Shown in pieces: positions 49,437 through 61,661 of a DNA stretch of 64,000 bases; within the stretch, counting starts at the first letter, position 1, and every line of letters starts with the position of its first letter. The DNA lies in NCBI GenBank assembly GCA_002269645.1, contig NIVC01001626.1, forward strand, positions 62,001 to 126,000, given 5' to 3'. The notes under the pieces are model-generated. The model made no database searches. It was not told the DNA's origin and worked only from the letters and a program-made list of their open reading frames with translations. Position numbers and translations under genes: made by a program. This DNA is from Macrostomum lignano (lineage: Eukaryota).

Positions 49437-51914
49437 ATGGCGAAGCAATTGACTGTCCGTTATGTCTTCTATCTGCTGCTTTTGGTTTGCTGCGGCACTG
49501 AAGCTGCCTGCGAACAGTGCTCTGCCGTGTTTGAGCTGCGGACCAGCGACTGCCCGACCGCTCCTTTTGCGACTGCTCCTGTTGCGGCTCAAAGTGAGTC
49601 GGAGTGCGTGCTGCGCTGCACTCTCAGCCCCGAGTGCCGGCTGTCCGTGTACCTGACTGACAGTGCCGAATGCTACAGCCTGCCGGCAGCCGCTCTGACA
49701 GCTGATGGACCATCGACTGCATTGACGACACAATCCATCGAACCACCGACGACGGCTACTACTACAACACCGAGTACTACGACTACCACACCGACTACGA
49801 CAACTACCACACCAACTACTACTACCACACCGACTACTACCACGACACCGACTACTACTACGACTACCACACCGACTACAACGACTACCACACCGACTAC
49901 TACAACAACGACCACACCCACTACTACGACGACTACCACACCGACTACTACGACGACTACTACACCGACTACGACTACCACATCGACTACGACGACTACC
50001 ACACCGACTACGACGACTACCACATCGACTACGACGACTACCACACCTACAACTACGACGACTACACCGACTACAACGACGACTACTACACCGACTACGA
50101 CTACCACACCGACTACTACGACGACTACCACACCGACTACGACTACCACACCGACTACAACGACTACCACACCGACTACTACTACTACGACCACACCCAC
50201 TACTACTACGACTACCACACCGACTACTACTACCACACCGACTACGACGAATACACCGACTACAACGACTACTACACCGACTACTACGACGACGACTACA
50301 CCGACTACAACGACTACCACACCGACTACTACAACGACACCGACTACTACGACTACCACACCTACAACTACGACGACTACACCGACTACAACGACTACCA
50401 CACCGACTACAACGACTACCACACCGATTACTACAACGACACCGACTACTACGACTACCACACCTACAACTACGACGACTACACCGACTACAACGACTAC
50501 CACACCGACTACAACGACCACCACACCGACTACTACAACTACCACACCGACTACAACGACTACCACACCGACTACTACGACTACCACACCGACTACAACG
50601 ACGACTACGACACCTACAACCACGACTACCACACCAACTACAACGACTACTACCTCACCGAGTACTACGACTACGATACCGACTACTACTACAACGACCA
50701 CATCCACTACTACTACGACTGCCACACCGACTACTACGACTACCACACCTAAAACTACGACTACCACACCGACTACCACGACTGCCACACCGATTGCTAC
50801 GATTACTACAACACCGACTACTATGACTACCACACCGACTACTACAACTACCACACCGACTACTACAACTACCACACCGACTACTACGACAACTACCACA
50901 CCGACTACTACGACGACCAAACCGACTACAACGACACCCACTACAACGACTACCACACCGACTACTACTACCACCACACCGACTACTACTACCACCACAC
51001 CGACTACTACAACTACCACACCGACTACAACGACGACTACGACACCTACAACCACGACTACCACACCGACTACAACGACTACCACCCCGACTACTACGAC
51101 GACCACACCGACTACTACGACCACCATACCGACTACTACGACGACTACCACACCAACTACTACGACGACTACCACACCGACTACAACGACTACCACCCCG
51201 ACTACTACGACTACCACACCGACTACAACGACTACCACACCGACTACTACGACGACCACACCGACTACAACGACGACCACACCGACTACTACGATCACCA
51301 TACCGACTACTACGACGACTACCACACCGACTACAACGACGACCACACCGACTACTACGACCACCACACCGACTACTACAACTACCACACCGACTACAAC
51401 GACGACTACGACACCTACAACCACGACGACCACACCGACTACAACGACGACCACACCGACTACTACGACCACCACACCGACTACTAGAACTACCACACCG
51501 ACTACAACGACGACTACGACACCTACAACCACGACTACCACACCGACTACAACGACTACCACCCCGACTACTACGACGACTACCACACCAACTACTACGA
51601 CGACTACCACACCGTCTACAACGACGACCACACCGACTACTACGACCACCATACCGACTACTACGACGACTACCACACCAACTACTACGACGACCACCAC
51701 ACCGATTACTACGACTACCCCACTGACTACTGCGACTACCACACCGACTACTACGACGACGACTGCACCGACTACGACGATTACCACACCGAATACCACT
51801 GAGACTACACCGTTTATTACAGCGCCTTCGTCTCCTATGATGACGTCATTTGTAATTAATTTGCCTAACAACTGCGGCTCAAGAATGGTTGTCCGCTGGA
51901 AGCTGGCCCCCTAG
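49437..51914 (+). CDS. Secreted PAN/apple-domain mucin (Thr/Pro-rich), 825 aa from ATG 49437
   Basis: Signal peptide and PAN domain clearly paralogous to 38575 (CSAV.EL.TS.CP; ECVLRCTL..ECRLSVYL.D.A.CYSLPA), with the same GAAAGATGG start context. The ~2.1-kb PTTTT region varies at third positions while keeping Thr. It ends CGSRMVVRWKLAP*. Confidence 0.85.
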   Translation: MAKQLTVRYVFYLLLLVCCGTEAACEQCSAVFELRTSDCPTAPFATAPVAAQSESECVLRCTLSPECRLSVYLTDSAECYSLPAAALTADGPSTALTTQSIEPPTTATTTTPSTTTTTPTTTTTTPTTTTTPTTTTTPTTTTTTTPTTTTTTPTTTTTTTPTTTTTTTPTTTTTTTPTTTTTSTTTTTTPTTTTTTSTTTTTTPTTTTTTPTTTTTTTPTTTTTPTTTTTTTPTTTTTPTTTTTTPTTTTTTTPTTTTTTTPTTTTTPTTTNTPTTTTTTPTTTTTTTPTTTTTTPTTTTTPTTTTTTPTTTTTTPTTTTTTPTTTTTTPITTTTPTTTTTTPTTTTTTPTTTTTTPTTTTTTPTTTTTTPTTTTTTPTTTTTTPTTTTTTTPTTTTTTPTTTTTTSPSTTTTIPTTTTTTTSTTTTTATPTTTTTTPKTTTTTPTTTTATPIATITTTPTTMTTTPTTTTTTPTTTTTTPTTTTTTTPTTTTTKPTTTTPTTTTTTPTTTTTTPTTTTTTPTTTTTTPTTTTTTTPTTTTTTPTTTTTTPTTTTTTPTTTTTIPTTTTTTTPTTTTTTTPTTTTTTPTTTTTTPTTTTTTPTTTTTTPTTTTTTPTTTITIPTTTTTTTPTTTTTTPTTTTTTPTTTTTTPTTTTTTTPTTTTTTPTTTTTTPTTTTTTPTTRTTTPTTTTTTTPTTTTTTPTTTTTTPTTTTTTTPTTTTTTTPSTTTTTPTTTTTIPTTTTTTTPTTTTTTTPITTTTPLTTATTTPTTTTTTAPTTTITTPNTTETTPFITAPSSPMMTSFVINLPNNCGSRMVVRWKLAP

Positions 51915-52177
51915 TGAGCATGCAATGTTCTGCAGCCAGGACTCGATGACGAATTAAGCGGCGGAATGGCTTGATGGACAAACTGCAAAAGTGATTCATT
52001 TTGTTTTAATCTTGATACAATACGCTCGTAATATATTTATTCTGATGAAAAACTTCTCACAAGTAGTATATCCCTAATTTTCTAATGCTCTTACAGAAGA
52101 TGATAAAAATATACACTTTTAATTGTCGGCTTTACGGTTTTTCCCGACTCGTTGACTGCACGCGAATGAAATCATAA

Positions 52178-55100
52178 GCTGTGTGCGTGAGCTGTGTGTG
52201 CATGAGCTGTGTGTGCATGAGCTGTGTGTGCATGAGCTGTGTGTGCATGAGCTGTGTGCGTGAGCTGTGTGTGCATGAAGTGTGTGTGCATGAGCTGTGT
52301 GTGCATGAGCTGTGTGTGCATGAAGTGTGTGTGCATGAGGTGTGTGCATGAGCTGTGTGTGCATGAGCTGTGTGTGCATGAGCTGTGTGTGCATGAGCTG
52401 TGTGTGCATGAGCTGTGTGTGCATGAGCTGTGTGTGCATGAGCTGTGTGTGCATGAGCTGTGTGCGTGAGCTGTGTGTGCATGAGGTGTGTGTGCATGAG
52501 CTGTGTGTGCATGAGCTGTGTGTGCATGAGCTGTGTGTGCATGAGCTGTGTGTGCATGAAGTGTGTGTGCATGAGCTGTGTGTGCATGAGCTGTGTGTGC
52601 ATGAGGTGTGTGTGCATGAGCTGTGTGTGCATGAGGTGTGTGTGCATGAGCTGTGTGTGCATGAGGTGTGTGTGCATGAGCTGTGTCTGCATGAGCTGTG
52701 TGTGCATGAGGTGTGTGTGCATGAGCTGTGTGTGCATGAGCTGTGTGTGCATGAGGTGTGTGTGCATGAGCTGTGTGTGCATGAGCTGTGTCTGCATGAG
52801 CTGTGTGTGCATGAGGTGTGTGTGCATGAGCTGTGTCTGCATGAGCTGTGTGTGCATGAGCTGTGTGTGCATGAGCTGTGTGTGCATGAGCTGTGTGTGC
52901 ATGAGCTGTGTGTGCATGAGCTGTGTGTGCATGAGCTGTGTGTGCATGAGCTGTGTGTGCATGAGGTGTGTGTGCATGAGCTGTGTGTGCATGAGGTGTG
53001 TGCATGAGGTGTGTGTGCATGAGCTGTGTGTGCATGAGCTGTGTGTGCATGAGCTGTGTGTGCATGAGCTGTGTCTGCATGAGCTGTGTGTGCATGAGCT
53101 GTGTGTGCATGAGGTGTGTGTGCATGAGCTGTGTGTGCATGAGGTGTGTGTGCATGAGCTGTGTGTGCATGAGCTGTGTGTGCATGAGCTGTGTGTGCAT
53201 GAGGTGTGTGTGCATGAGCTGTGTGTGCATGAGCTGTGTGTGCATGAGGTGTGTGTGCATGAGCTGTGTGTGCATGAGGTGTGTGCATGAGCTGTGTGTG
53301 CATGAGCTGTGTGTGCATGAGCTGTGTGTGCATGAGCTGTGTGTGCATGAGCTGTGTGTGCATGAGCTGTGTGTGCATGAGCTGTGTGTGCATGAGCTGT
53401 GTGTGCATGAGCTGTGTGTGCATGAGGTGTGTGTGCATGAGCTGTGTGTGCATGAGGTGTGTGCATGAGGTGTGTGTGCATGAGCTGTGTGTGCATGAGC
53501 TGTGTGTGCATGAGCTGTGTGTGCATGAGGTGTGGGTGCATGAGCTGTGTGTGCATGAGCTGTGTCTGCATGAGCTGTGTGTGCATGAGGTGTGTGTGCA
53601 TGAGCTGTGTGTGCATGAAGTGTGTGTGCATGAGCTGTGTGTGCATGAGGTGTGTGTGCATGAGCTGTGTGTGCATGAGGTGTGTGTGCATGAGCTGTGT
53701 CTGCATGAGCTGTGTGTGCATGAGCTGTGTCTGCATGAGCTGTGTCTGCATGAGCTGTGTGTGCATGAGCTGTGTGTGCATGAGCTGTGTGTGCATGAGC
53801 TGTGTGTGCATGAGGTGTGTGCATGAGCTGTGTGTGCATGAGCTGTGTGTGCATGAGCTGTGTGTGCATGAGCTGTGTGTGCATGAGCTCTGTGTGCATG
53901 AGGTGTGTGTGCATGAGCTGTGTGTGCATGAGCTGTGTGTGCATGAGGTGTGTGCATGAGCTGTGTGTGCATGAGGTGTGTGTGCATGAGCTGTGTGTGC
54001 ATGAGGTGTGTGTGCATGAGCTGTGTGTGCATGAGCTGTGTGTGCATGAGGTGTGTGCATGAGCTGTGTGTGCATGAAGTGCGTGTGCATGAGCTGTGTG
54101 TGCATGAGGTGTGTGCATGAGCTGTGTGTGCATGAGCTGTGTGTGCATGAGCTGTGTGTGCATGAGCTGTGTGTGCATGAGCTGTGTGTGCATGAGGTGT
54201 GTGTGCATGAGCTGTGTGTGCATGAGCTGTGTGTGCATGAGGTGTGTGTGCATGAGCTGTGTGTGCATGAGCTGTGTCTGCATGAGCTGTGTGTGCATGA
54301 GGTGTGTGTGCATGAGCTGTGTGTGCATGAGCTGTGTGTGCATGAGGTGTGTGTGCATGAGCTGTGTGTGCATGAGGTGTGTGTGTATGAGCTGTGTGTG
54401 CATGAGGTGTGTGCATGAGCTGTGTGTGCATGAGCTGTGTGTGCATGAGGTGTGTGTGCAGAAGCTGTGTGTGCATGAAGTGTGTGTGCATGAGGTGTGT
54501 GTGCATGAGCTGTGTGTGCATGAGCTGTGTGTGCATGAGCTGTGTGTGCATGAGCTGTGTGTGCATGAGGTGTGTGTGCATGAGCTGTGTGTGCATGAGC
54601 TGTGTGTGCATGAGCTGTGTGTGCATGAGCTGTGTGTGCATGAGCTGTGTCTGCATGAGCTGTGTGTGCATGAGGTGTGTGTGCATGAGCTGTGTCTGCA
54701 TGAGCTGTGTGTGCATGAGCTGTGTGTGCATGAGCTGTGTGTGCATGAGCTGTGTCTGCATGAGCTGTGTGTGCATGAGCTGTGTGTGCATGAGCTGTGT
54801 GTGCATGAGGTGTGTGTGCATGAGGTGTGTGTGCATGAGCTGTGTCTTCATGAGCTGTGTGTGCATGAGGTGTGTGTGCATGAGCTGTGTGTGCATGAGG
54901 TGTGTGTGCATGAGCTGTGTGTGCATGAGCTGTGTCTGCATGAGCTGTGTGTGCATGAGGTGTGTGTGCATGAGCTGTGTGTGCATGAGCTGTGTGTGCA
55001 TGAGCTGTGTGTGCATGAGGTGTGTGTGCATGAGCTGTGTGTGCATGAGGTGTGTGTGCATGAGCTGTGTGTGCATGAGGTGTGTGTGCATGAGCTGTGT

Positions 55101-56935
55101 CTGCATGAGCTGTGTGTGCATGAGGTGTGTGTGCATGAGCTGTGTGTGCATGAGCTGTGTGTGCATGAGGTGTGTGTGCATGAGCTGTGTGTGCATGAGC
55201 TGTGTCTGCATGAGCTGTGTGTGCATGAGGTGTGTGTGCATGAGCTGTGTCTGCATGAGCTGTGTGTGCATGAGCTGTGTGTGCATGAGGTGTGTGCATG
55301 AGCTGTGTGTGCATGAGCTGTGTGTGCATGAGCTGTGTGTGCATGAGCTGTGTGTGCATGAGCTGTGTGTGCATGAGGTGTGTGTGCATGAGCTGTGTGT
55401 GCATGAGGTGTGTGCATGAGGTGTGTGTGCATGAGCTGTGTGTGCATGAGCTGTGTGTGCATGAGCTGTGTGTGCATGAGCTGTGTCTGCATGAGCTGTG
55501 TGTGCATGAGCTGTGTGTGCATGAGGTGTGTGTGCATGAGCTGTGTGTGCATGAGGTGTGTGTGCATGAGCTGTGTGTGCATGAGCTGTGTGTGCATGAG
55601 CTGTGTGTGCATGAGGTGTGTGTGCATGAGCTGTGTGTGCATGAGCTGTGTGTGCATGAGCTGTGTGTGCATGAGCTGTGTCTGCATGAGCTGTGTGTGC
55701 ATGAGCTGTGTGTGCATGAGGTGTGTGTGCATGAGCTGTGTGTGCATGAGGTGTGTGTGCATGAGCTGTGTGTGCATGAGCTGTGTGTGCATGAGCTGTG
55801 TGTGCATGAGGTGTGTGTGTGTGCATGAGCTGTGTGTGCATGAGCTGTGTGTGCATGAGGTGTGTGTGCATGAGCTGTGTGTGCATGAGGTGTGTGTGCA
55901 TGAGCTCTGTGTGCATGAGCTGTGTGTGCATGAGCTGTGTGTGCATGAGGTGTGTGCATGAGGTGTGTGTGCATGAGCTGTGTGTGCATGAGCTGTGTGT
56001 GCATGAGCTGTGTGTGCATGAGCTGTGTGTGCATGAGCTGTGTGTGCATGAGGTGTGTGCATGAGCTGTGTGTGCATGAGCTGTGTGTGCATGAGCTGTG
56101 TGTGCATGAGCTGTGTGTGCATGAGCTCTGTGTGCATGAGGTGTGTGTGCATGAGCTGTGTGTGCATGAGCTGTGTGTGCATGAGGTGTGTGCATGAGCT
56201 GTGTGTGCATGAAGTGTGTGTACATGAGCTGTGTGTGCATGAGGTGTGTGTGCATGAGCTGTGTGTGCATGAGCTGTGTGTGCATGAGGTGTGTGCATGA
56301 GCTGTGTGTGCATGAAGTGCGTGTGCATGAGCTGTGTGTGCATGAGGTGTGTGCATGAGCTGTGTGTGCATGAGCTGTGTGTGCATGAGCTGTGTGTGCA
56401 TGAGCTGTGTGTGCATGAGCTGTGTGTGCATGAGGTGTGTGTGCATGAGCTGTGTGTGCATGAGCTGTGTGTGCATGAGGTGTGTGTGCATGAGCTGTGT
56501 GTGCATGAGCTGTGTCTGCATGAGCTGTGTGTGCATGAGGTGTGTGTGCATGAGCTGTGTGTGCATGAGCTGTGTGTGCATGAGGTGTGTGTGCATGAGC
56601 TGTGTGTGCATGAGGTGTGTGTGTATGAGCTGTGTGTGCATGAGGTGTGTGCATGAGCTGTGTGTGCATGAGCTGTGTGTGCATGAGGTGTGTGTGCAGA
56701 AGCTGTGTGTGCATGAAGTGTGTGTGCATGAGGTGTGTGTGCATGAGCTGTGTGTGCATGAGCTGTGTGTGCATGAGCTGTGTGTGCATGAGCTGTGTGT
56801 GCATGAGGTGTGTGTGCATGAGCTGTGTGTGCATGAGCTGTGTGTGCATGAGCTGTGTGTGCATGAGCTGTGTGTGCATGAGGTGTGTGTGCATGAGCTG
56901 TGTGTGCATGAGGTGTGTGTGCATGAGCTATGTGA
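52178..56935. repeat. ~4.75-kb 15-bp satellite (GCATGAGCTGTGTGT)n with 13-bp variants and a 2238-bp higher-order duplication
   Basis: Rare variants recur at a 2238-bp offset (GCAGAAG at 54461 and 56699; ORF starts 53817/56055 and 54409/56647). Confidence 0.97.
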
Positions 56936-57071
56936 GTCCACACAATGAAACAATAAAAGTCCCTGCGCTCTCTCACTAGGCCTGGCTGAACTAAATTCCA
57001 TGATAGTTTATTTGTCTTGTCAGTCCTGAATTTACAAATGTCGTTGAGCAGAAAACAGAGGAAATGGTGGT

Positions 57072-57299
57072 TCATCGTTGAAGCCCTTTCAGCCGCTGGA
57101 GTGCCCGTTTGACTTGCAGCAGGTTGGCCTCAGCCTTGGCCAGGTCGCTGTGAATTTGCTGCATCGCAGCCCGGGCGGCTGAGGCGTCGGTGCGCGGGTC
57201 AGTGGGAGCTGGCGGTAGCAGCCGCAGGACGGTCCAGATGCCGGCGATGTAAAAGTACAGGACAGCCAGCAGAAGAGCAGCCCGATGGCGCCGATTCAT
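57072..57299 (-). CDS. 75-aa signal-anchor (type II) protein with C-terminal coiled coil
   Basis: MNRRHR basic N-terminus, hydrophobic AALLLAVLYFYIAGIWTVL, Pro-rich linker and heptad IHSDLAKAEANLLQVKRALQRL. GC-rich codons. Resembles a Golgi enzyme stem but ends in TGA. Confidence 0.5.
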   Translation of the reverse strand: MNRRHRAALLLAVLYFYIAGIWTVLRLLPPAPTDPRTDASAARAAMQQIHSDLAKAEANLLQVKRALQRLKGLQR

Positions 57300-57314
57300 C
57301 CGCAAGCGGGAGAG

Positions 57315-58148
57315 ACAGAGCGGCTGAAGCGGGGGAAACAAAGCGGCTGAAGCGGGGGAAACAGAGTGGATGAAGCGGGGGAAACAGAGCGGCTGAAGCG
57401 GGGGAAACAGAGTGGCTGAAGCGGGGGAAACAGAGTGGCTGAAGCGGGGGAAACAAAGCGGCTGAAGCGGGGGAAACAGAGTGGATGAAGCGGGGGAAAC
57501 AGAGCGGCTGAAGCGGGGGAAACAGAGCGGCTGAAGCGGGGGAAACAGAGCGGCTGAAGCGGGGAAACAGAGCGGCTGAAGCGGGGGAAACAGAGTGGCT
57601 GAAGCGGGGAAACAGAATGGCTGAAGCGGGGGAAACAGAGCGGCTGAAGCGGGGGAAACAGAGCGGCTGAAGCGGGGGAAACAGAGCGGCTGAAGCGGGG
57701 GAAACAAAGCGGCTGAAGCGGGGGACAACAGGGTGGCTGAAGCGAGCGAGGGACAACAGGGTGGCTGAAGCGAGCGGGGGACAACAGGGTGGCTGAAGCG
57801 AGCGGGGGACAACAGGGTGGCTGAAGCGAGCGGGGGACAACAGGGTGGCTGAAGCGGGGGACAACAGGGTGGCTGAAGCGGGGGACAACAGGGTGGCTGA
57901 AGCGGGGGACAACAGAGTGGCTGAAGCGGGGGAAACAGTGTGGCTGAAGCGGGGGAAACAGAGTGGCTGAAGCGGGGGAAACAGAGTGGCTGAAGCGGGG
58001 GAAACAGAGCGGCTGAAGCGGGGGAAACAGAGCGGCTGAAGCGGGGGAAACAGAGCGGCTGAAGCGGGGGAAACAGAGCGGCTGAAGCGGGGGAAACAGA
58101 GTGGCTGAAGCGGGGGAAACAGAGTGGCTGAAGCGGGGGAAACAGAGC
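57315..58148. repeat. 23-bp minisatellite (GCTGAAGCGGGGGAAACAGAGCG)n
   Basis: About 36 copies, with a variant block at 57720-57910. Confidence 0.96.
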
Positions 58149-58738
58149 CACATGGCACAAAGAAAGCGAGTAAAACCTAAAAAGCTTCCAATTTACCTGC
58201 TGATACTCAAGGACTTCACCGTCCCGATGAAAACTGGGCGATCCAATTCAAATTTTCAAAGCTGAGGGCATTAAAAGAATTCTGTAATCTGCCGTGACTG
58301 TAAATGCGATTGGGGCTCCTCCGGCTGGCCGCATGCAGGCAGTGTCGCGTCAGCTCAACCGACTCTGCTGAGCGCCACGGCTTGCACACAGCACAGCTGT
58401 TTGTCTCTGATCCCCGGGCACAAAAACTTTTCTTTCTCTCATTCTGCCTTCTACTTTTTGGCTGAAAATTGGGACATTGTTGGAATTCTTGGAAGTTGTG
58501 CGCGAAGCTCCCCTGGCGGTAATCTGTTTCGGCAGGTATCGAGTGGCCGGGAAGACCGAGACTGCTCCGCTCTGCTTGCCGAGACAACAGTTGGGCGACC
58601 TCCGCCCCGGCTGCAGACGGGGGATCTCGGGGATTAGTGAAGATCTTGAGTACCTCTGTAGGACAACTCAGGCCAGCTCTGAGGTCAGCTGGGATTGGGA
58701 CTCTTAGACTTTCAAGCTCTGGAGCTGCTATCGAAAAG

Positions 58739-59940
58739 GCTATGCCCTACTGAAGCTGCTGTCACACAGGCTATGCCCTACTGAAGCTGCTGTCACACAG
58801 GCTATGCCCTACTGAAGCTGCTGTCACACAGGCTATGCCCTACTGAAGCTGCTGTCACACAGGCTATGCCCTACTGAAGCTGCTGTCACACAGGCTATGC
58901 CCTACTGAAGCTGCTGTCACACTGGCTATGCCCTACTGAAGCTGCTGTCACACTGGCTATGCCCTACTGAAGCTGCTGTCACACAGGCTATGCCCTACTG
59001 AAGCTGCTGTCACACAGGCTATGCCCTACTGAAGCTGCTGTCACACTGGCTATGCCCTACTGAAGCTGCTGTCACACAGGCTATGCCCTACTGAAACTGC
59101 TGTCACACTGGCTATGCCCTACTGAAGCTGCTGTCACACAGGCTATGCCCTACTGAAGCTGCTGTCACACAGGCTATGCCCTACTGAAGCTGCTGTCACA
59201 CAGGCTATGCCCTACTGAAGCTGCTGTCACACTGGCTATGCCCTACTGAAGCTGCTGTCACACAGGCTATGCCCTACTGAAACTGCTGTCACACTGGCTA
59301 TGCCCTACTGAAGCTGCTGTCACACAGGCTATGCCCTACTGAAACTGCTGTCACACAGGCTATGCCCTACTGAAGCTGCTGTCACACTGGCTATGCCCTA
59401 CTGAAGCTGCTGTCACACAGGCTATGCCCTACTGAAACTGCTGTCACACAGGCTATGCCCTACTGAAGCTGCTGTCACACTGGCTATGCCCTACTGAAAC
59501 TGCTGTCACACAGGCTATGCCCTACTGAAGCTGCTGTCACACAGGCTATGCCCTACTGAAACTGCTGTCACACAGGCTATGCCCTACTGAAACTGCTGTC
59601 ACACTGGCTATGCCCTACTGAAGCTGCTGTCACACAGGCTATGCCCTACTGAAGCTGCTGTCACACAGGCTATGCCCTACTGAAGCTGCTGTCACACAGG
59701 CTATGCCCTACTGAAACTGCTGTCACACAGGCTATGCCCTACTGAAGCTGCTGTCACACAGGCTATGCCCTACTGAAACTGCTGTCACACTGGCTATGCC
59801 CTACTGAAGCTTCTGTCACACTGCCTATGCCCTACTGAAGCTGCTGTCACACAGGCTATGCCCTACTGAAGCTGCTGTCACACAGGCTATGCCCTACTGA
59901 AGCCACACTGACTATGCCCTACTGAAGCCACACTGGCTAT
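58739..59940. repeat. 31-bp minisatellite (GGCTATGCCCTACTGAAGCTGCTGTCACACA)n
   Basis: About 38 copies. Confidence 0.98.
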
Positions 59941-60284
59941 TCTCGCTAGTAACCAGTGCAAGCAGTCACTAAGCACAAAGCTGCTCAACATTTGAATGAG
60001 TGCTGCCGAGTCTGATGCACAATAAAACTTGAGAACTGAAAAAGCTGAGACTGGATGAGCGGTGCTGTACTCTGCTCTGTCTGCTCAGCCAGTTTGAGTC
60101 TCTATAAATGTGCCCAAGCAGAGTTTTTTCTTCTCCCTCAGCCCTTTCCTTGTTTTGCGCAGACAGAGCGACAGAAGAGAGAGTCTGCGTCAAATTCTGA
60201 GTTCGAGTTTGGGGCTCGCCATTTGACTAAGGTAAAAAATGCTCATTCTGATATTTTGGTTTGATGATTTTTAGTACCGCATTC

Positions 60285-60722
60285 ACCTCTCACCTTTGCC
60301 ACCAGTGTGAGACTCTCGCCTCTCACCTTTGCCACCAGTGTGAGACTCTCGCCTCTCACCTTTGCCACCAGTGTGAGACTCTCACCTCTCACCTTAGCCA
60401 CCAGTGTGAGACTCTCGCCTCTCACCTTTGCCACCAGTGTGAGACTCTCGCCTCTCACCTTTGCCACCAGTGTGAGACTCTCACCTTTGCCACCAGTGTG
60501 AGACTCTCACCTCTCACCTTTGCCACCAGTGTGAGACTCTCGCCTCTCACCTTTGCCACCAGTGTGAGACTCTCACCTCTCACCTTAGCCATTAGTGTGA
60601 GACTCTCACCTTTGCCACCAGTGTGAGACTCTCACCTTTGCCACCAATGTGAGACTCTCACCTCTCACCATTGCCACCAATGTGAGACCCTGACCTCTCA
60701 CCTTTGCCACCAGTGTGAGACT
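60285..60722. repeat. 33/26-bp minisatellite (CCTCTCACCTTTGCCACCAGTGTGAGACTCTCG)n
   Basis: About 14 copies. Confidence 0.94.
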
Positions 60723-60780
60723 CACCACACCTCCCGAGATCCCAAATCTCAAATCCCCCACGGTCACTCCAGCCACTCTG

Positions 60781-61661
60781 ATGTCCGCCGCCGTCGCCCA
60801 CCAGTCGCCGCTGCCGCCGCGGCTGCGCATCGGCCGCAAGAAGCCGCACTGGCTGCTGGCCGACTCGCCGTCCGCCGCCGAAGTCGACGACCCGCTGGCG
60901 GCGCTGCGACGCTGGCTGGCCGGGCTAAGCGACAGCCAGGTGTCCCTGCTGGCCGTGTCCGACTTCGACTCCGAGTTCCGTCGCGACCTGGAGCTCCGCC
61001 GCCGAACCTCCGGCCGGCCGGCAACCTCGGTGGCCGTCAGAACCCGCCGCCCGCGTCCGTCCGATTCGTCAGCCAGCTGGAGAGCGCGGCAAGCGGCTCG
61101 GAAAGCGACGAGGACGAGACGGAGCTCGACGCGGTGAGTTCGGTGTCCGACACCGAGGCGGCACCGCGGATGCCGCGGTCGTCGCTGTTCAAGGTTTCCG
61201 ACTGCCTACCAGTCGACGAGGCGTCGAAGACGCGCGCTCTGAGCACCCTGAGGGCCGTCACCGGCGCCGGCGACCCGAAGATGTCGGTGGTGTCGCGTCG
61301 GTTCTGCGACTCCGCCTGGCCGCGAACGCCGGCCGACTTCGCGAGGCCGCGCAGCGTCGCCTACGGGCAGAACCTCCGCGTGCACCCCGACCTGGCCGGC
61401 GCCATCCGGACGAGCATCCTGGAGGCCCGGCCGGCTTTCGAGTGCGTCAGCGCGGCTGGCCTCGCCGAGCTGGACAGGCGGCTGCCGAGCCTCGCCAAGA
61501 CGCGGCACGACGAGTGGTGGACTGGCTGGAAGAAGCCGGCTGAGGGCGCAGCTGCCCGCTCAGACTTTTTGAACAGAACACGATCGCATTGGAAGCTAGT
61601 CCGACAGGGTGCGGGTTCGAATCCCACCGCCCGCCGGCAGTTTGCATGGGGGGCAGAGTAG
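60781..61661 (+). pseudogene. GC-rich hypothetical protein with an apparent frameshift near 61000-61040 (real pseudogene or assembly error)
   Basis: Coding-like G/C third-position bias lies in one frame for 60781 to ~61010, then in another (…SESDEDETELDAVSSVSD…HDEWWTGWKKP…). The last codons run into the B-box repeat. Confidence 0.5.

Noticed and set aside
49673-51871. 732-aa poly-Val/Gly ORF on the minus strand
   Set aside because: Antisense shadow of the Thr/Pro mucin. The plus strand has the signal peptide and PAN domain.
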